In this document: positions 1 to 13,782 of the stretch, in pieces | How positions within the stretch are numbered: the stretch's first letter is position 1 | How the letters are laid out: each line of letters opens with the position of its first letter | Notes under the pieces: generated by a model | What the model was told of the DNA's origin: nothing | Seen by the model: the letters and a program-made list of their open reading frames with translations, nothing else | Databases searched by the model: none | Assembly: GCA_030390025.1 (NCBI GenBank) | Contig: CM059432.1 | Span: 13,516,001-13,580,000, forward strand | Direction of reading: 5' to 3' | From: Squalus acanthias | Taxonomy: Eukaryota | Length of the DNA stretch: 64,000 nt | Translations under genes and position numbers: made by a program

Positions 1-3000
1 TAAGGGCTAATGTTCAATTTTGTACCTGTGCATTAGCTTTTATAGATTTCTATACGATACCCAAATCACTTTTTTGCTCTGCAGTTCCTTGTCTCTTTCC
101 ATTAAGAAGATACTCTGATTTTGTCTTTCTTGGATCTAGAGTAGATGGCCTCTGAGTTCTCAAAGTTGAACTCCATCTGCCATTGTTTTGCTCGTTCTTA
201 ATCTTTCTTTGTCCATTTGTAACTTCCTGATTGCTGAGGCCCCAGTAAAGATACCTGGAGAATACCAGGTCACATCCTGCCAAACAGAGAATGTACCATT
301 TATCACTACTCCTTGTCTCCTACCTCCCAATTAATTGCCAACCCATGTTACAAGCTTACCTCCAATTCCACGGACTTTTATTTTCACAAACTCTTGTGTG
401 GAACATTACCAAATGCCTTCTGAAAGTCCATTATAGGCAACATCCAGTGACCTCAACAACTTCCAACTAGATTAGTCCGACATACTTTCATCTTGGACAT
501 GTTTCCTAAGACAGACTATTGTCCACTCAATCAGTAAATTTGATTGTCTTTTTCAATTCTTCAACCAAGTCGGTGTTTACTGCACTAGGTGGCAGTGTTT
601 CATAAGTCAGCCACTCGCAGCAGCAAGTTACTTATTTAATTTACCTTGTGGCTTTCTGAGCTTATGCGCTCTCTAAATTCTTGGTAATGACAATAGATCC
701 AGATCGCTTGTGTTGTCTTATTGCAGTATCTTTAACATGTTATCCTCTGAATCTATTCCAGTGGTTCTGTCTTTAAGTACAGAGAAAGTATACAACAAGC
801 TGTCAGTTTGCACCCACTTAGGATGATGCAGTGTTGCAAGTAAAAATGCATCTTTTCTGGGGAGCAACCTCCATGCACTGCTCTTTTTTATATAGTGACC
901 CACAGAAAACAAAGGACAGGACTGACTCTCATATTTACATAACTAAAACTGGTTTCCTTATCCCAGTGATGCAATTCTTGAGGTACATTTTTATGGGTCT
1001 ACAATGCCATCAGTTCCTGGAATCTGGGCTTGTTTCTACTTTGGAATATCCTTGGCCTGGCTTTGTTATTAAAGGTAAATGCCTGACTTTTGAAGTGCAG
1101 CACTAATGGTGAACTTGCCCAATTTCCCTGGTTCCTTCTGACCCAGTGCTGGAAAGCAGCAGTGCTCCCAAAGTGTGCTACATCTTTTCAGGCCCAGCGG
1201 TGCTGTTATTTATAGTTCTGGACCTTTTAAATATGGCCTGAGGGATTCCATTGAGGGCCCATGCCCTGCTGAGGCCTAGTATTAGCAAAGGTTTAGGCAG
1301 TTTGCTGTGTTTCTGGCGACCAGCATCAGGGCCTCCTGGCTGCTGCCCTGAAGCCCAAAGATTAGGAGACGTGGAACATTGAAGTAAATAAAAGAACTGG
1401 CTTCCACGCACGGTGCGTGCTACGATCAGTCGCAAGCCAATTTCTCAGAGGCCTGAAACAGGTGGTAGGCTCCTAATTTGCATATGCATTGGGCCTAACT
1501 CCAATTTCAGGCAAGCGCCCTGGATGCCTCAGCCCAATAGGGTAAGCGGTGTAGTTCCAGCACCGAGTGAGTGCGCACACCGCCCTGCCATATTGGACCC
1601 TTTGGTTCCCATTTTATGCCTGTAAAATTAGTGCAGTGCAATCCAATTTCTAGGCCTAGACCTTTTTTAAATATGCTGAGTCTGTCTTCATTGTTCAGGT
1701 CTTGACATGAAGCGCAAGACATTATAAACAGCTGTTATTGATATTGTGATCTGTCACAAGTGCAGTGTTCAGTATCCGTCATCTATGCATGCATTGGGTT
1801 TCAGATGTAGAAGTAGGCCGACATGGAGGCTGCACTCCACATAAATATAGGAAAATAGCATGCTTGGGTTGCTATACAACGGTCTGCATATAATGTTAAG
1901 CCTGCCGAAGGTTGCTTTCTTTATCTTGTGTTCTAAAGACCTACTTATATATTTTATTTTACTTTACAGCTTGCAAGGGCTATGGATGGAATGAAAAGTT
2001 TCTCTGAAATCAACGCATTCCTTTTTTTTTTCTTGAATCTTTCCCTTCCAGTGCCTTAAATTTTACATTGCTGCTTGAAGTCAACTTCATTCCACCACTG
2101 GACCTCAGACTTCAACTTTGGACTCATCTCCTCTCCTCCCTGTCCTCGCTCTTTGACCAAGACATATCTTTCCGAATCTGCTGCTCTGGACCCTAGCCCA
2201 TTACTTCTATCTCCATTTTTTTTTCCCCCTCTTGCACTTTACCCCCAATCTCCTTCCCAACCCATCACTACTTCTCTGCTGCTGTCCCAGGCTTGAGCCC
2301 ACTGCTACCCTATGTGCCTCCTTTGGCATTATCCGCAGCTCCCAACAAGGCACCTGTCGTTGATTCCCTTGAGCAGCAATCCCAACTGCCTCATCTTGCC
2401 AGCCTTCCTGAGCACCTACTGGAGGCTTACCTCACCAACTTTCTTCCCATCCCATTCACCCCACGCACTCATACCCCCCTGAGACTCTGCCAGATCAGCA
2501 ATCACCACCCCCTCAGCATTTCCCTCAGAATATCAGTTTACTCACGAACAAGGCCCTTGCCATTCCACAACTTTATTCTGGGAGATTGTTATGACATCAT
2601 TCTTTTGAGTGAAACTTGATTCACAGTTAGGGTCACCTTGCTGCTTATTGAAGCCTCCTAACCTGATAATAGTTTCCATCACCTGCCCAAAGTATGTCCT
2701 AGCAGAAGTACCTCCAAAACCACCCGACTCACTTAACTTTGATTTTATTTTGTTGGTCCACGGTAAATGTCAGTTTACTGAGCAGCAGGTGGCGCTGTGA
2801 CCCTTAACACCAGCTCCCACCTCGATCTCACCACTACTCCTTTGCTACCTTCCCCTTTGATGCTTTTGGACCCAGTAAAACCTTTACTCTCCTCCTGTCT
2901 GGTCGATCACTCTTACATTGTCCCCCTCCTCAGCTCCCTCAAGTCCAAGGGGTATCTGGAACAAATTTGCTTTAGCCATCAGATCTGGCTGGACCACATC

Positions 3001-3194
3001 AAGCACTATCGGACCTCACTCTTCTCTGCCAAAGCTGCCCACTCCTCCAGGATCATGGAGAGAAAACATAACAATCTCCTTAGACCACTAGCCCTTCCAC
3101 CCTCACCTCTAACAAATGCAAGGAGCTCATGCACGCTTTTGTCACTAAGATTGAGACCATCCATTTAACACCCTCTGCTGTTCTCCCCCCTCTT

Positions 3195-6100
3195 TATTAT
3201 TCGTTTTATGGGATCTGGGCGTCGCTGGCAAGGCCAGCATTTATTGCCCATCCCTAGTTGCCCTTGAGAAGGTGATGGTGAGCCGCCTTGAACCGCTGCA
3301 GTCCGTGTGGTGATGGTACTCCCACAGTGCTGTTAGGGAGGGAGTTCCAGGATTTTGACCCAGTGACGATGAAGGATCGGTGATATACCTCTAAGTCAGG
3401 ATGGTGTGTGACTTGGAGGGGAACTTGGAGGTGGTGGTGTTCCCATGTGTGTGCTGCCCTTGTCCTTCTAGGTGGTAGAGGTCGAGGGTTTGGGAGGTGC
3501 TGCCGAAGAAGCCTTGGCGAGTTGCTGCAGTGCATCTTGTAGATGGTACACACTGCAACCACGGTACGCCGGTGGTGGAGGGAGTGAATGTTTAAGGTGG
3601 TGGATGGGGTGCCAATCAAGTGGGCTGCTTTATCCTGGATGCTGTCGAGCTTCTTGAATGTTGTTGGAGCTGCACTCATCCAGGCAAGTGGAGAGTATTC
3701 CATCACACTCCTTACTTGTGCCTTGTAGATGGTGGAAAGGCTTCGGGGAGTCAGGAGGTGAGATACTCGCCGCAGAATACCTAGCCTCTGACCTGCTCTT
3801 GTTGCCACAGTATTTATGTGGCTGGTCCAGTTAAGTTTCTGGTTAATGGTGACTCCCCCCTCCCCAGGATGTTGATGGTGGGGGATTCGGTGATGGTAAT
3901 GCCGTTGAATGTCATGGGGAGGTGGTTAGACTCTCGCTTGTTGGAGATAGTCATTGCCTGGCACTTGTGTGGCGCGAATGTTACCTGCCACTTATCAGCC
4001 TAAGCCTGAACGTCGTCCAGGTCTTGTTGCATGCGGGCATGGACTGCTTCGTTATGTAGTGTAGTCATCAGTGAACATCCCCATTTCTGACCTTATGTTG
4101 GAGGGAAGGTCATTGATGAAGCAGCTGAAGATGGTTGGGCCTAGGACACTGCCCTGAGGAACTCCTGCAGCGATGTCCTGGGGCTGTGATGATTCACCTT
4201 CAACCACCACAACCATCTTCCTTTGTGCTAGGTATGACTCCAGCCAGTGGAGCATTTTCCCCCCGATTCCCATTGACTTCAGTTTTACTAGGGCTCCTTC
4301 ATGCCACACTCGGTCAAATGCTGCCTTGATGTCAAGGGCAGTCACTCTCGCCTCACCTCTGGAATTCAGCTCCTTTGTCCATGTTTGGACCAAGGCTGTA
4401 ATGAGGGCAGGAGCCGAGTGGTCTTGGCGGAACCCAAACTGGGCATCAGTGAACAGGTTATTGGTGAGTAAGTGCCGCTTGATAGCACTGTCGATGACAC
4501 CTTCCATCACTTTGCTGATTGAGAGTAGGCTGATGGGGCGGTAATTGGCCGGTTTGGATTTGTCCTGCTTTTTGTGGACAGGACATACCTGGGCAGTTTT
4601 CCACGTTGTTGGATAGATGCCAGTGTTGTAGCTGTACTGGCACAGCTTGGCTAGAAGCGCGGCTAGTTCTGGAGCACAAGTCTTCAGCACGATAGCCGGG
4701 ATGTTGTCAGGGCCCATAGCCTTTGCTGTATCCAGTGCGCTCAGCCGTTTCTTGATATCACGTGGAGTGAATTGAATTGGCTGAAGACTGGCTTCTGTGA
4801 TGGTGGGGACCTCGGGAGTAGGCCGATATGGATCATCCACTCGGCACTTCTGGCTGAAGATGGTTGCAGACACTTCAGCCTTGTCTTTTGCACTCATGTG
4901 CTGGACTCCACCATCATTGAGGATGGGGATATTATTGGAGCCTCCTCCTCCCGTTAGTTGTTTAATGGTCCACCACCATTCACGACTGTGATGTGGCAGG
5001 ACTGCAGAGCTTTGATCTGATCTGTTGATTGTGGGATCGCTTAGCCCTGGCTATAGCATGCTGCTTTCACTTTTTAGCATGCATGTAATCCTGTGTTGCA
5101 GCTTCCCCAAGTTGCCACCTCATTTTTAGGTACGCCTGGTGCTGCTCCTGGCATGCTCTTCTACACTCCTTGTTGAACCAGGGTTGGTCCCCTGGCTTGG
5201 TGGTAATGGTAGAGTGAGGGATATGTCAGGCCATGAGGTTACAGATTGTGGTGAAATACAATTCTGCTGCTGCTGATGGCCCACAGCACCTCATGGATGC
5301 CCAGTTTTGAGCTGCTAGATCTGTTCTGAATCTATCCCTTTAGCACGTTGGTAGTGCCACACAACACGATGGAGTCCTGCCACATCCAGTAGGTTTTTTC
5401 CCTCGTGTTGGTTCCCTCACCGCCTGTCGCAGGCCCAGACTGGCAGTTATGTCCTTCAGGCCTCGGTCAGTAGTGGTGCTACTGAGCTACTCTTGGTGAT
5501 GGACATTGAAGTCCCCCACCCAGAGTACATTCTGTGTCCTTGCTACCCTCAGTGCTTCTTCCAAGTGGTGTTCAACATGGAGGAGTATTGATTCATCAGC
5601 TAATGGAGGGCGGTAATCAGCAGGAGGTTTCCTTGCCCATGCTTGACCTGAAGCCATGAGACTTCATGGGGTCCGGAGTCAATGTTGAGGACTCCCAGGG
5701 TCACTCCTTCCCGACTGTATACCACTGTGCCACCACCCCTGGTGGGTCTGTCCTGCCCGTGGGACACAGGACATACCCAGGGATGGTTCTGGAGGAGTTC
5801 GGGACATTGGCTGAAAGGTATGATTCTGAGTATAACTGTCAGGCTGTTTGACTAGTCTGTGGAACAGCTCTTCCAATTTTGGCACAAGACCCCAGATGTT
5901 GGTGAGGACTTTGCAGGGTCGACTGGGCTGGGTGTGCCGTTGCCGTGTCTGTAGCTGGGGCCGAGTGGTCCATCCGGTTTCATTCTTATTTTGTTTTGTA
6001 GCGGTTAGTTACAACTGAGTGACTTGCTAGGCCATTTCAGAGGGCAGTTAAGAGTCAACCACATTGCTGTGGGTCTGGAGTCACATATAGGCCAGACCAG

Positions 6101-6305
6101 GTAAGGACGGCAGATTTCCTTCCCTAAAGGACACTAGTGAACCAGATGGGTTTTTACGACAATCCGATAGTTTCATGGTCACCATTACTGATACTAGTAA
6201 TTATTCCAGATTTATTTAATTCCCCAGCTGCCGTGGTGGCATTTGAACTCACGTTTCTGGATTATTACTCCAGGCCTCTGGATTACTAGCCACTACGCCA
6301 CCGTT
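3195..6305 (-). mobile_element. Decayed LINE (second CR1/L2-group family, APE+RT) with tRNA-like 5' head
   Basis: RT motifs [28 protein letters not shown] start NIWGLVP near 5900; A box TGGCGTAGTGG (6290-6300) and B box GAGTTCAAAT (6241-6250); 3' end matches copies ending near 22650 and 54010. Confidence 0.82.
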
Positions 6306-8820
6306 CCCCACCAAGCCAAACGAGCCTTCAGGCTTTCCTTGCCCAAGCTCTGAACCCACGTCAGTCTTTAGTTTCTCTATCTCTTCTCGTGCCCTCCTGC
6401 TTCCTTAATTGCATTCTTGAAGGATGAGTTGTATATCCAAGTTTGCAGATGGCACAGTAAGCAGGACACAGATTAAGTGAATGGACAAAACTGTGGCAAA
6501 TGGAGTTCAAGGGGGGAAAAGTTTGGATCCAAGAAAGACAAATCAGAGTATTTTCTTAATAGTGAGAAACTGGGAAGTGGAGGAGCCTTGATCAGACCCT
6601 TTCTGGAGTACTGCATTCTGTTCTTGGTACTGCATCTGACCCTGGAGGGGGTGCAGCACAAGTTCACCAGTGATACTGGGGCTTAACAGGTTAAATAAAC
6701 AAGCATTGAAAGTTGGAAAGGGTGATGTAATTGAGGTGTTTAAAATGACAAAAGGATTCGATGGGGTAGATACAATTTCCACTGGTGGCATCTAGAATGA
6801 GGGAGCACAATCTTAAAATTAAAGGCAGGCAAGTTAGGAGTGAAATCAGGAAGGGAATTGGAAATGTGCTCTCCCCAACCCCTCAAAGGCTGTGGTTGCA
6901 GGGTCAATTGAAATTTAAGATTGAGATCAACAGACTTTTTGTTAGGTAAGGATATCAAGGGATATGGGTCAAGTCAAATGGGATGTAATCCAATGTCTCC
7001 AGGTTTCTGACCCTGCTACAGCACCTAAGTATCCCAACACTCACATGACATCCGCTGATATGCATTTTACCTCCTCTACTGTGCAGGCTTTGATGTGGTC
7101 AGCCACACCATCCTCCAAACGCCTCTCCTCTGTTTCCCACTCAGTCTCCAACTCCCTTGGTTTCACTCTTGCGTAACAAATTGTAGCCGGAACATCTCCA
7201 GTGGTGGCTTCTTGCTCCCGCAATGTTACCTCAAGTCCCCCAAGGATCAATACTCGCTCCCTCTGCCTCATTTAAATACTGCCCCATGGTGTCATCCTCC
7301 AAAGACATGGGGTCAGCTTCCACATGTATACTGACAACAGCCAGCTCTATCCACCACCTCTCGACCTCTGTCCAGTCCTGGATGAGCTACAATTTCCTCC
7401 ATTTAAACATTGGGAAGACTGAAGGGCTCATCTTCAGCCCTCACCCTAAACTCCGTACGCTTGCCACCTATTTAATTACTCGCCCTGGCCAGTTTCAGGT
7501 TGAGCCAGACTGTGCAACCTCAGCATCTTTCCAAATGCATAACCGCCTGCTTCCACCTCTAACATTGCCCACCTCACCTCAGCTTGTCTGCTACGGAAAC
7601 TCACCTATGCATTTGTCACCTCCAGACTCAACTATTCCAAAAGTCTCCTGGCCACCCTACCATTCCCCCACTCTCTAAACATTAGCTCATCCAAAACTCT
7701 GCCTGTATCCTATACCACAGCAAGTCCTGCTCACCCATCACTCCTGTACTCACTTAACCTACATTGGCTCCTGCTCCCTCCGCTTTAAAATGGTCATCCT
7801 CATGTTTAAATCCCTCTCCCGGTAGTGTCTTCCAGCCCTACAACCAGAAAGCTATGGAAAGATTTAAACAGGAGGATAATTTGTTTCTCCAGCACTCGGT
7901 TTCTCTAATTCTTGCCTTCAGCCATTCCTTCCCTAAACCCCTCGGTTGCCTTCTAAGGCTCTCGTTAAAACCCATCCTTGACGAGAGTTTTGGCCATCTC
8001 TCCGAGTAACACTTTTTTTCTGATTACAGCTCGGTGAAGGGCCTTGGGATGTTTTTCTTATTGAAATTGTCTTCTAGGTTAAAACCTGCTTGGCTCCCTC
8101 AGCACCTCACCAGGTTGAACCAGTAGAGACCAGGGAAGATTCCAGTTCAATCTGTGCTAAGTTTGCTGATCTCAGTGGCAGTGCTGATAGGAAAGCTACA
8201 ATTGGTATCAATGCCTTGGATTAGAGGTGGAAATCTGTCAGGATTCCTACTTAATGATATCCTAACAGCCCCCACTGCATGTTGGGTGAGAACAGGTTTG
8301 GGCAGTGTGTACTATCTACAGGATACAGTGCAGAAAGTCACCAAGGCTTCTTCAGCAGCACTTCCCAAACCCGTGACTTCCACCACCTAGCAGGACAGGG
8401 GCAGCAGATGTATGGGACACCATGACCTGCAACTTCCCCTTCAAGTCACCCAGCATTGAGACCTGGTATTTATTGCCATCCCTTCATCGTCACTGGGTCA
8501 AAGTCATGGAGCTCCCTACCTAACAGCATTGTGGGAGTACCTCCACCATTACTGTTGTGCTGTTAGTGGGTCAAGGAGGTCCACCACCACCACCTTCTCA
8601 AGGGCAACTAGGGGTGAACAATAAGTGCCAGCCTTTCCAGTGACACCCACATCCTGAAGAATTATAATAATTTCATCTTTTCACAAACTAAATACACAGG
8701 AAAGACAAAGGGTCAACCAATAGGGTGACACTTTGTGCTGTTAAAATCTGACCCTGGGAATATTGCCAACGTCAGATCAGTACCCATATTCTATGGAGAA
8801 CAAATGAAGTAAAAAGGCTT

Positions 8821-9796
8821 TTTATTCAGCAGGTAACGAACTGATTACACAAGAATCTATTTTTTGAAGGCAGATTCCCGGAGTTCTAACAGCAGATAGA
8901 CTATAACTAGTTAATTGACGATGAAAGGTTAAACTATCATGACATTTGCACCAGGCACTCTGTCATTAGTGGCAATAATTTGCAAAATAATGGCACTTTG
9001 AGCAGAGATTATTTGCGTTAATAAAAAATCTCGGCAATCTCGAGCTGAAATATGCTTCACAAAAGCCTCAGGTGGCGCCGGAATGTTCTCAACACATGCA
9101 TGTGCGCATATGGGCATTTTGTTATTTTTATTTTAAATTATGGATCAGTGCAAACAACTGTACAAAAGCAGGAGTTATCAGAAGTCCAGGACACAATCTA
9201 ATTTCAGGTTGGTATTACTGTGAAATCTATGCAGATATCCAACCATTTTAATTAATTAATGATAAATACTGACAGTTTTATAAAATAAAAAAAAGCCAAC
9301 GAAAGAGACAGGTTACTGACAACCACACAACATTTATCAACTTTGCTCACAGGGTGACAATTCCGTTAATCACTCATCTGTATTTATTAATGTTTACTTA
9401 AAGGCCTCTACCCTGAACATTCCTGGCACTGACTGATCCTCAGCTAGAAATATAGATTTTTTTTTTAATAGGGAAAATTCAATTTAAAATAAAGTACTTT
9501 CCACATGCATAATTACAAAACAAAAAGTGGCCTGGAGACTTTTCACAGTCCTTTGTAACAAAACAAAAACCCATATTTCCATTTTTAAAAACTCAAAAGA
9601 TTTGTCTTCTATGTGCTTACCAACACCATTTCACCTCATGGCTTTTAACTTTATACTTGGGATATTGTAACTTTTATTCACCAAAAATGAACTGTAGAAA
9701 AGGATTATAACAATTGTTACAGTTCACTGCTTGTACAGCTTTCTGGTCAGAGTTTTGTTAAGTGCAGCTGCAAAGCAACAAATCGCGCAGAGCTCT
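8821..9796 (-). terminator. RALBP1: RALBP1 3'UTR with candidate polyadenylation signals
   Basis: AT-rich non-repeat sequence after the stop; minus-strand AATAAA at 9673-9678, 9383-9388, 9127-9132 and 8821-8826. Which one is used is unknown. Confidence 0.5.
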
Positions 9797-10066
9797 TCAG
9801 ATCGAAGTCTCCTTACGATCTTTGCTTGGAGAGGGTTTCAGTGTTTCCTTCACAGATTTGGGCTGCTCCTGTGCAATTCTTGTATCGCTCACAACATCCC
9901 GGTGCTGCTGAGCACCAGTGGCATTCTCTCCCAGTTCTTCTGCGTCTTCCTGAGTCTGTTGCTCTTGTTTCAGTCTTTGCACCTGTAACAGTCGAAGCTG
10001 CACGCGCAGCTCAATGATGGCCTCTCGTTCGTCATGGATCGCTTGATTCAGGTGGTTGTTCTTCAC
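9797..10066 (-). CDS. RALBP1: RALBP1 last coding exon
   Basis: cag| acceptor; VKNNHLNQAIHDEREAIIELRVQLRLLQ...PSPSKDRKETSI-TGA, matching the RALBP1 C-terminus. Confidence 0.96.
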   Translation of the reverse strand: MKNNHLNQAIHDEREAIIELRVQLRLLQVQRLKQEQQTQEDAEELGENATGAQQHRDVVSDTRIAQEQPKSVKETLKPSPSKDRKETSI

Positions 10067-10719
10067 CTGACAGGAAGAAACAGCGAGCGTTAAACTGCAT
10101 TAGCCACTACAGGTGGAATTAATCATTTTAGAACATAATCCTTTTATAGTTTCTTTTTAAGCAAGGTTCTCTGGCATTACAGATTGTAAACTTTGCAAAA
10201 ATAACTTGAAACCAATTGCAAAAAAATATATACAGCCTGTGTGGGTAAAGCACAGCTGTCACTGAAGATTTGCCAATTTACATCTGGGAAGTGCTAGATT
10301 AAGGCTAGAAATTCACTACATATTTATAGAGTCCTGTATTTCTACCATTTTCAGCAGTTAAACAGTGGACTGGATATTAAAGCCTGAAGTATTCAGTGGT
10401 GACAAAATTAAAAGGCCACAATTAGTCTGAACACAGACCCCACTGACTGCAATGTTCGGAAGCAGCCACATTCTGAGAGACGCCCACTCGCTAATGTCAT
10501 TCCAGTGTGCCCTTCACTGGCTGCTGAAATGGAAAATATATAAAACACTACAAAGAAGTGTTATGAATATTTGAAACGCTAATGGTCTTAACTGGAAAAA
10601 AAAAGTGCATGGAAGTTGTCCAATTGCAAGAATTTACCATAGTAACTCGTCATTAGTTATGTTGTCCAGAAGATTGTGGCTCCTGTTAGAGCAATTATAA
10701 ATCTAATGATGTAATTTAC

Positions 10720-10846
10720 CTCCAACTCTTCATTCTGACGCTGAAGGTCTTCTAAGATAAGCTGCAGCTCTTCCTCATCCTCACTCTCGCTCTCACTTTC
10801 AGAGGAGTATTCCTCAGTTTCACTACGACCATGCTGTTGTTGGCGA
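10720..10846 (-). CDS. RALBP1: RALBP1 exon 9
   Basis: catag| acceptor; (S)RQQQHGRSETEEYSSESESESEDEEELQLILEDLQRQNEELE; donor GAG|GTAAAT; 127 nt. Confidence 0.95.
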
Positions 10847-12726
10847 CTATGAAGCAAGCAGAACAAAAACATTTTAAATGTCTCGTCTCATCTCATGTGG
10901 AGGTGAGCCACATTTGAAGTAACTTTACCTTTATATATATATATTATTTTAAATGGGTTTAATTTTTCTGGTTCCCATTTCACATTTTAGTATGTGACAA
11001 TTACGCTACCAACTGTAAAGTCAGATATCTGGCCCACATAGCTGAAGCATTTAAAAGTGAATTAGTTCGATTTCCTAATTTAGCAGGGACGTGGGTTTGC
11101 AGTAGGAAAGGATTCCAGCTCAGAATGTCAAACAGGTGCAGGAAGGACTCACTGGCTCGCTCTTAGCGTTGTATTCTATGTTCCTATATTTTCTTGAATC
11201 ACAATTACTTGGTGTAATCTTAGTTGGAAGAGTAAACACAGAATAACTATTGGATTTTACTATAAAGAGGTAACACTGGGTGCTGTCACTAGGTGAACCA
11301 AAAAGCAACAGAAACATAGAACGTTTAGCATAGAAGGACACCGTACAGCACTTCTTGTTTAGGCCCTTCTCAGGGTCTGATTTCAGTCCCATTTTCTGCT
11401 TTCTCTACACTAATCCCATTTTCTTGCTCTCCCTTTATACCCTTTAATTATCGAGTAGCTTTTTGAAGAGTGTAATCAATTTTGCATCAACCACTTGTGC
11501 CAACATATTCCACATTCAGCTAACTTTCTTTATGAAAGTGTTTCTTCTAAACTCCCCCATTGAGTATTCAGTGCTCATCTTAAGATCATGGCCTCTTGTT
11601 TTCAATTTACCTACTAATGGAAATAGTCTGTGCTTACCTTAATGAACACCATTAGTAAAATCCCCCCTCAATCTTCTCAGTTCAAGAGAATACAGCTACA
11701 GTTGCTCTAGCCATTCCTCATAACTCGGGTCCTTCATCCCCGATATCATCCTGGTAAATCTGTGTTGTACTTTCTCCAGGGCTATTATATCCCTCCCTCC
11801 TATAGTGAGGAGCCCAAAGCTGCATAGTATTCCAGATCTTGCATTTCACTATGTACAATCATGACCTGTTTTCATATTCCTCTGAATATAATCCCTAAAG
11901 TTCCATTTATCATTAATAGGATTTTTAAATCAGTCTACCCATGTTTAAGGATTTGTGTACCTGCACACCTGTTTATTGATCCTCTACTGCACTGAGAAAC
12001 TTATTTAAGGTATACTTCCATTATTTATTCTAGTTAATTGAGGGATAAACATCGGTCAGGACTGACTACAGTCACCTGGTCCTGGACATCAATTTTTAGC
12101 ACCCTCAGCCCTCAAGAACCATTTCTTTATTAATGCATATTGGTTGCCCAATACTACTGCATAATAAACATACGGCTTCTTTCACTAGTATTCTAGGAAC
12201 TGCTATTTTCTTATCTAAAATGCTCATTTGAGCGGTCTCATTGTCTCCTTAGCGGTTCTTTTTTCCCTAAAGCTGTTAAAGAGAATCATTAAGGAAAGGG
12301 TTTCTGCAAATGTTTTGGCAATAATGTCGTCCACTTTTCTTGAAATGAACGTGCGGTGACTGTACTTCAAAAGTAGTCCATAATTTGGGGAGTCTCAATG
12401 TCATAAGGAACTATATAAAAGCAATGTGTTTATATATTATCATTCAGTAGAAATAAAGGAAATATCATTGATTGGGTATACTTCATTAAATCAGGACAAT
12501 CTGGACTGGCTAATCTCCTGAGATGGAAGCCACAATGCTACAAGGCAATCACTTCATAAACTTAACCAAGAGCTGTCTAAACTCAGGCAACCAATGTAAG
12601 CTCAATAGATAATATTGGGGCTTGAATTCAAAAGCTTTTTTTTTTAGTGTTTTTAATAATACTCCTAACCCATACAAAATGTTCTCAAGTAATGTTCTCT
12701 TTACAAACTTTAGCACATTTACTCAC

Positions 12727-12847
12727 CTCTGAATTTCGGCAATCTCAGCTCTAAGGCGTTCAATTTCCTCTTTTCAGATGCAATCTGTCGCCGTAAATAC
12801 TGCTCCATGGCCAGCAGTTCCTCCTGTTCTGTCAGGATTTCATTCTC
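12727..12847 (-). CDS. RALBP1: RALBP1 exon 8 (coiled coil), with an apparent 1-nt deletion as assembled
   Basis: ENEILTEQEELLAMEQYLRRQIASE-(shift)-EEIERLRAEIAEIQ; aag| acceptor and AG|GTGAGT donor; 121 nt where 122 is needed to keep frame with exon 9. Confidence 0.92.
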
Positions 12848-13782
12848 CTTTAAAACAACCTTTCCATGTGAGAACTAAAGCAACTCTTGAGCCATGTCAA
12901 AACAGTGACACCAAGAAGGACTGTTCTTAATCTGTATTCTCATTGGATAAGTACCTTGAATACAGTGTATCACACTATACTAGAGAGTGACAAACCCTGT
13001 ATGATTAAACCATTAGAACTATAGTCATTAATAAGCTGAAACCACAGCATTTCCTCCCCACTCGTCTATCCCTTTCTCAGTTCTTGAAGGCAATAATGTA
13101 TGGTGAAGTACAGTTCTATAGGCACTGGGGGTTCTCCAGTATCTCATCCAAGTGGTTGCTCTCTATTTGTAAACCTATATGCAGCAGATAATGCAACTGT
13201 GTAGAGTATCGCAGCCAAGCCCATCCTATCCTCATATCAAATCCACACACATTCCAGCAGGGGTCAGTGGACAAGAACCAGGAGAGGAAACGCAAGGGCT
13301 GATTTTACCCCTCCTTTGGCACAGTTCACTGACTTTATTGTATGGACCTCACGACAGAACAGGATCAAGCTCAGCTGTGATGCCCTTCATAATTGAATAC
13401 ACTACTGATACTGTCTAGGCTCATATATGATTGGGTACTGGAAGGCGGCAGACACCTGTCGTACCATATCCCATCACAAGTTGTCATCTTCAAGAGAGGG
13501 GAGGAAAGGTTAAATTTGATTTAAAAAAAGTAAATCTCTGAATATATTCAGGAAGATCATGCTGTTAAATAGCCATGGATGAAGTTGGAAAAAGACCTAG
13601 AAGTCTTAGTAGATTCATCACTCGATTTCTCTAACCAATACAGAGAAGCAATTAATAAAGCAGATAGTGTTGAACTACATAGACAAAACCGAGGAAGTCA
13701 TGATCAAACCGTACGGTGCTCTGGTCAGACAGCAACTTGAGTACTGCATCCAGTTCTTGTCAAAGATACAAGGGAGACATTT

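Noticed and set aside
1170..1660. GC-richer segment ending caatttctaggcc as a Harbinger-type MITE
   Set aside because: Could not find a matching left TIR or TSD.
2781..2797. Second CTCF-like motif GCAGCAGGTGGCGCTG
   Set aside because: Lies in a decayed L2 endonuclease region (GGGVA-type codons), so likely coincidental.
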